From Bugula neritina (taxonomy: Eukaryota > Animalia > Bryozoa), in assembly GCA_964035545.1 (NCBI GenBank), contig OZ037766.1, positions 1,054,001-1,118,000 on the forward strand: a stretch of DNA of 64,000 nt. The letters run 5' to 3'. Positions 60,945 to 64,000 of the stretch are shown piece after piece (within the stretch, counting starts at the first letter, position 1; each line of letters opens with the position of its first letter). The notes under the pieces were generated by a model. It made no database searches and was not told the DNA's origin. It was given only the letters and a program-made list of their open reading frames with translations. The position numbers and the translations under genes were made by a program.

Positions 60945-63394
60945 TGACTATATAATAGATGTAACTATATCTTTTCTAAAAACTGATAAACATGTTTATT
61001 AATTAATGCTAGTTTTAATGGTTGATTTAAGTTTTTAGTTTTCCCTTCCAGTCAAATTGCACTGTATTAGGAAAAAATTAATTAAAATATGATTTTGAAA
61101 GAAACCACTAGCGCAAGACCTGGGACAAGTGCATGCTGTTTTAACAAATTTTCTCATGAATTCCAGGTCCATATTTGATGGGAATTCATGTCACAGCTGA
61201 TGATGTACTTAACAATGGCAACTTAACTCAAGGTATTTTTAAACAGCAGCAAAGTAAATAACAATAAGAAAGTGTTTGTGCTTTAATTTGTTTAAAATTT
61301 GTTTATTAGCAAACTATATAAGGGCATAAAAGAAGCTATAGCGTATATATAGTATATACAGTATAAGTATATTATACACAGCTAGTATGTTTAAATTTTT
61401 AATTATTTTGTAAGTGCAGGGAAAGTCTTAATACAGTATATATTAACCAACATTTCAATGCTACATGCATTAGTTACAGATTATAATATAGTTGATGATA
61501 CAGTGTTTCTTATAATTTACTGTAAATCATTATATCCTCAGCATTGGTTGATAGAACGCTTTCAATTATATTCTAGATTTTATTGACTCTATATCTACTG
61601 GGATACAAAGAACTGTGTATTTCGGTAAGCTGATATCTATTGGCTTTGGTATACAACACAAATGAATGAAAAAGCCCCTTATCTGGTAGCTATACTGCCT
61701 ATACAGGGATACTATATAAGGTGAAGCTGTCATCTGCTACTAATTACAGATCTTACCCTGGTACTGCTATGTCTGGTGATGATAATAGCCTACTTTCCTT
61801 CCAAACCTCCTCACCCTCCCAGCAAGTCCCAGTTACTAAATGATACACCAGTTACAGACTATGTGCAAGGAGTCAAGAGTTTACTTCTGTGAGTTTTTGA
61901 TGTTTCTTATACGTGAATTACAGGCTACGCAGAGTTGTATTTTGTAGCTGTGACTCATCGTGTACCTCCCTGTTTTAGAAACAAACAATTCTGGATTTTA
62001 ATGCTAATTACTGGACTGGCAGTTTCCACAGGTACTTCATGGCTTTCCTTAGCTTCAGCAAACTACAGACCTCTAGACATTGGGCAGGTGTGTTCATCAC
62101 ATGCTGATTTATGGATGTATTTACTTAGCTCCTGCTATAGGCAATGAGCCAAAGTTAAAGTATATCACCCTATAACCAAGTATGCTCATTGGTGACTTGA
62201 GAGCTGAGACCTATAATTGAAATAACTCATATTATACAAGTTTGTTTAGTGTAGTGACCCTGTTTCATACTTTATAATAACTCCGGAAAACCTCATCTCT
62301 AAACTTCATGTATAAAACAGAAGCCTTTATATGAATTGTAGGCCTCTGCTGGTTGGATTGGATTCTCTAGTATAATGGCTACCACTCTTGGCTCTATAGT
62401 AATTTCTAGAGTCGCTGATCACTTATTGAAGAAATCTAAACTCATAATGATGGTATCCATATCATTTGGTATAGTGAATATAACCATACTGAGTTGTATA
62501 CAACAGAAGTATATCATTCTACCCTTCAACAGTATGATTGGTGAGTTTATACATATTACAAAAATATATTTCTTGTAATTTTATTTTTTAAGAAAATCAA
62601 AAAAGTTAAATTGAATGTTTGGTATGTTATTTGATAGTTTAAACAGATCTTAAAATGCAACAGAAATAAAAATAGTTATATCTATTTTAAAGCAAAACAA
62701 CAAGATTCAATTGCAAATTAAAAAGCTTATTAATATTCTAAAACTTTTGCAATTCACTTACATTTTATGATAATTTTTTTTCTCCTGTTTTTTTAGCAAT
62801 GTAGTAGCAATATAGTTTTAAAATTAGTTGAATTTTGTACAAAACAAACATAATTATTTGTAAACTTTTAACTAGAATTTAGAATTTAAACACAGGTTTG
62901 TCTCTTTGTGTGTTGCAGTGTTGGCGTATATTTTGACTATAAATGCAAGCATTGGGTTAGGCAGTATTTACCCCCTTTGTTTTGAACTTGGCTGTGAGAT
63001 TGGATATCCAGTTAAAGAAGGGCTAGTGGGATGTCTCGTAACTATATCAGCATACTTGTTCTTATTCCTCTACTACGCGATTTACCTTGTACCTGCTTTT
63101 ACTAACGGTGAGTTGAATTACAAGAAACTTATATACGGTAACGTATTGTATTGGTTACACAGAGTTCAATGAAATAAGAAAAGCCAGTCTTCAGATGTTG
63201 AAATGTGTTATGCATGCAACTTTTTAAAACAATAAGCATTATCTTATTATTCAAATATTGTAGACACACACTGGATGAGTTGGACAACTCTAGGTTGCTC
63301 TGTAGCTGCATTCATTCTGTTATTCACCATAAAAGATCATTACCCAAGAGTAGACATGGAGGAAAGTCATTCTACAGACCATGTTACTGATTAA
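59359..63394 (+). CDS. MFS transporter, SLC49A4/DIRC2-like, copy 2, complete 497 aa. Exons 59359-59716, 59834-59924, 60240-60403, 61167-61232, 61577-61624, 61750-61888, 61979-62087, 62342-62540, 62919-63107, 63264-63394
   Basis: 1494-nt phase-consistent CDS from ATG to TAA; family motifs as in copy 1; N-terminal EKDPLI acidic dileucine motif. Confidence 0.93.
60860..60942. repeat. (TA)n microsatellite
   Basis: Directly visible. Confidence 0.98.
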
Positions 63395-64000
63395 GAATGT
63401 CAAGAATGTTAGGAAATATATTAGAAATTTGCTGCTTTAACTTTTGACCATTTAAATGCTAAAGTATATATTAGTGTAACATATTGTGCTTAATTCTAAT
63501 TACATATATTATGGTAATATGCCATATATACTTTTATTTTAAACTAAACTCTCCCACATGTCTTAAAATGCAAATCATGCATCAAATATTATGTATAATA
63601 ACCATCTATAAATATAATCTTAAAGAATCTATATAAGCTATATTCTCTTCCAAATTAATATCAAGTTGGAATATACATAGCACCTTTATTTAGCTATTAT
63701 AGTTATTTATAATCTCCAATAAACTAAAGTCTATAGAGTCTAGAACGGTAATTTGAATGCTACGGTATAAACTATAGAGTGTTACCATATGCATCTATAA
63801 TGTGAAAACCTATCAATCAGTATTAGCATTATGAGTTGAATCTAGTAAAGACTACTGAACACTATCAAATTCTCCCTGCTTAAGCAACGTCGTTATATTA
63901 CATAATATCTATTCCAAGGTTTCCAGTAATTGGTGGGAAAGTCTTGCTAGAGAAATTAAAGTTGATGAATTGTAAATCTGATAAGTGCCTGCTTCTTTTT

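Overview
AT-rich, intron-containing animal (probably invertebrate) genomic DNA; no prokaryotic features. (1) 0.7-26.7 kb: a head-to-head pair of macrodomain-PARP (mono-ART family) genes. The minus-strand copy is disrupted: one intact macrodomain, a frameshifted and truncated second macrodomain, and the N-terminal half of the PARP domain missing. The plus-strand copy splices into a continuous ~498-aa frame (macro + linker + PARP) ending in a CaaX box (CLVQ*). Its introns hold a Penelope-like element with an inverted 3' copy and a minimal hammerhead ribozyme, and a 10.8-kb sense-oriented Gypsy LTR element. The Gypsy has 515-bp LTRs (~2% diverged), a tRNA-Leu PBS and a U_UUA_AAC -1 frameshift signal. 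Its pol is ruined (8 stops, frameshifts, RT core deleted, nested 3-kb foldback transposon), yet gag and a 723-codon 3' ORF with two C2H2 zinc fingers and a coiled coil remain open. (2) 28.9-63.4 kb: two tandem 10-exon SLC49A4/DIRC2-like MFS transporter genes with identical sizes for exons 2-10. The first lacks the N-terminal dileucine sorting tail in place, carries an 18-kb EnSpm/CACTA-like insertion in intron 1, and has a 5-kb GTAA/GTGA/GTAG satellite (splice-donor consensus repeated on the sense strand) in intron 8. Best novelty candidates: the non-autonomous Gypsy selectively retaining Gag plus a zinc-finger ORF, and the macro-PARP with ZAP-like features. All splice models and counts were made by eye; reference-protein comparisons are from memory.
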